Shown: one piece after another, positions 62,999-64,000 of the stretch
Numbering within the stretch: position 1 is the stretch's first letter
Layout: each line of letters opens with the position of its first letter
Assembly (NCBI GenBank): GCA_022813965.1
Contig: JALDZS010000036.1
Coordinates: 62,001 to 126,000, forward strand
From: Toensbergia leucococca
Taxonomy: Eukaryota
Reading direction: 5' to 3'
DNA: 64,000 nucleotides
Program-made: the position numbers and the translations under genes
Notes under the pieces: model-generated
What the model was told of the DNA's origin: nothing
The model's database searches: none
Seen by the model: only the letters and a program-made list of their open reading frames with translations

Positions 62999-63324
62999 GA
63001 GGGGAAAGGCTTTGTGTATATATGGCCTTGATCCACGAAGGCCCTGTTATCTTTGAAAATAGCCCTACTCGCCTTTGGTGCCTGTCCCTCTGGATTGCAT
63101 AGGGGGATCATTGGGGTGGCAAATCTGTGGCGTTTCTCGTATCATCGGCATGACCATGATATTCTTCTTTTTTCCTTCTTGTTTTGCATCGTCTAGGTTA
63201 CCCGGGTTTACGACACTTTCATGCACGGGGCGTCTTTATGTTTGAGATCTGATCTCTTTGAGCAATTCTTTTTTTTGTCGGCTAGGGGCATTTCAGCGGG
63301 CTGGTTTATGTATGGCGTGGGGCA

Positions 63325-63347
63325 TTTTTTTTTTTTTTTTTTTTTTT
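63325..63347. repeat. Poly-T homopolymer (23 nt)
   Basis: Directly visible. Confidence 0.9.
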
Positions 63348-63554
63348 ATGTTTGTGAAGGCTGTTTGCGAGTTGGATCATGTATATAGATGTAGGGGAGG
63401 GGAATAACGTGGGATAGCAAGACGACATTTTGTGACTTTGGGCTGTGTTTGGATTTAATAAATCTCAAACCCCTCCTTTCGGGTTCCCCTGCGACGATTG
63501 TGTAATGCGTTACTTTCAATTTCCACCCGGATCCTGGACTGTTGTTTGGCCATA

Positions 63555-64000
63555 CCGTATAATCTGTCATATAAGATGTGGTTGATTTACAAGATACTAC
63601 TGGAGTATAAGATATGGTTCCAAATCGACTTTTTGAGACAGAGGGTGTTTTGGTCCATAAGATATTATCTACTTGTAAGTGAGGGGGGCGTGCTCAGGTA
63701 CGTATTTCACCTCCCCTTCCTCATCCTCACTGACTGACTCATACTCATCCTTATCGTCAGTGTCAAATACCTGAACCTCCTCCCCCTCTTCATCCTTCTT
63801 TCTTTTTTTTCTCCCCTTCCTCCTCCTCATTCTCATCTCCTGACTCACAACTGATTTGTCTCTTCAGGTGCTTTTAGTTCAGTCTCTCTTGAAAAAAAAA
63901 ACCGAAGTTTAATTGTCAATTTAGTCTGTCCCTTTGAGGGAATATGAGGTGAAGCTAGGACTAAGTAGATGTGTAAAGATGGGGCGGGGATGTGTTGAGG
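63555..64000 (-). mobile_element. Internally deleted, non-autonomous copy of the pogo element (inverted, truncated by window end)
   Basis: TA plus the identical 22-bp TIR at 63553-63576. 63555-~63880 is the reverse complement of the 3' end of the 40342-42592 element; ~63924-64000 matches its 40530-40620 region. Confidence 0.92.

Overview
Gene-dense chromosomal segment of a filamentous ascomycete (Pezizomycotina). The evidence is short GT-AG introns with CTAAC/CTGAC branch points and about 25 fungal genes; a lichen-forming lineage is possible but cannot be proven from this window. Recognisable genes: verprolin (5'-truncated), mitochondrial rhomboid protease, MOB2, LEO1, GPI-anchored Cu-only SOD, ARF1, a CorA-like protein, an APH-family kinase-like protein, a 2200+ aa coiled-coil protein, a GH17 glucanase, a UBE2S-type E2, an OSTalpha/TMEM184 protein, DUF4202, VIT1/CCC1, RAD10/ERCC1, an aldo-keto reductase, GLE1, SSD1 and a GPI-anchored S/T-rich protein. 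Five observations stand out. (1) An intronless RtcB RNA ligase of the bacterial RtcB2 (PrfH-coupled) type has all catalytic motifs and an extra N-terminal DCX/KHA-like domain, although fungi splice tRNA with Trl1. (2) A complete pogo-type DD35D transposon (22-bp TIRs, TA duplication) is inactivated only by seven TGG->TGA changes, pointing to CpC-directed RIP-like hypermutation rather than canonical CpA RIP; an internally deleted copy of the same family lies at the window end. (3) The APH-family ORF is intact but all its catalytic residues are replaced. (4) Ssd1-type CNYTCNYT motifs lie in the leaders of three cell-surface genes and of SSD1. (5) Intergenic TACGGTA heptamers recur and match the expected excision footprint of the transposon. 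Exon boundaries were read by eye and family calls rest on motif recognition, not database searches.
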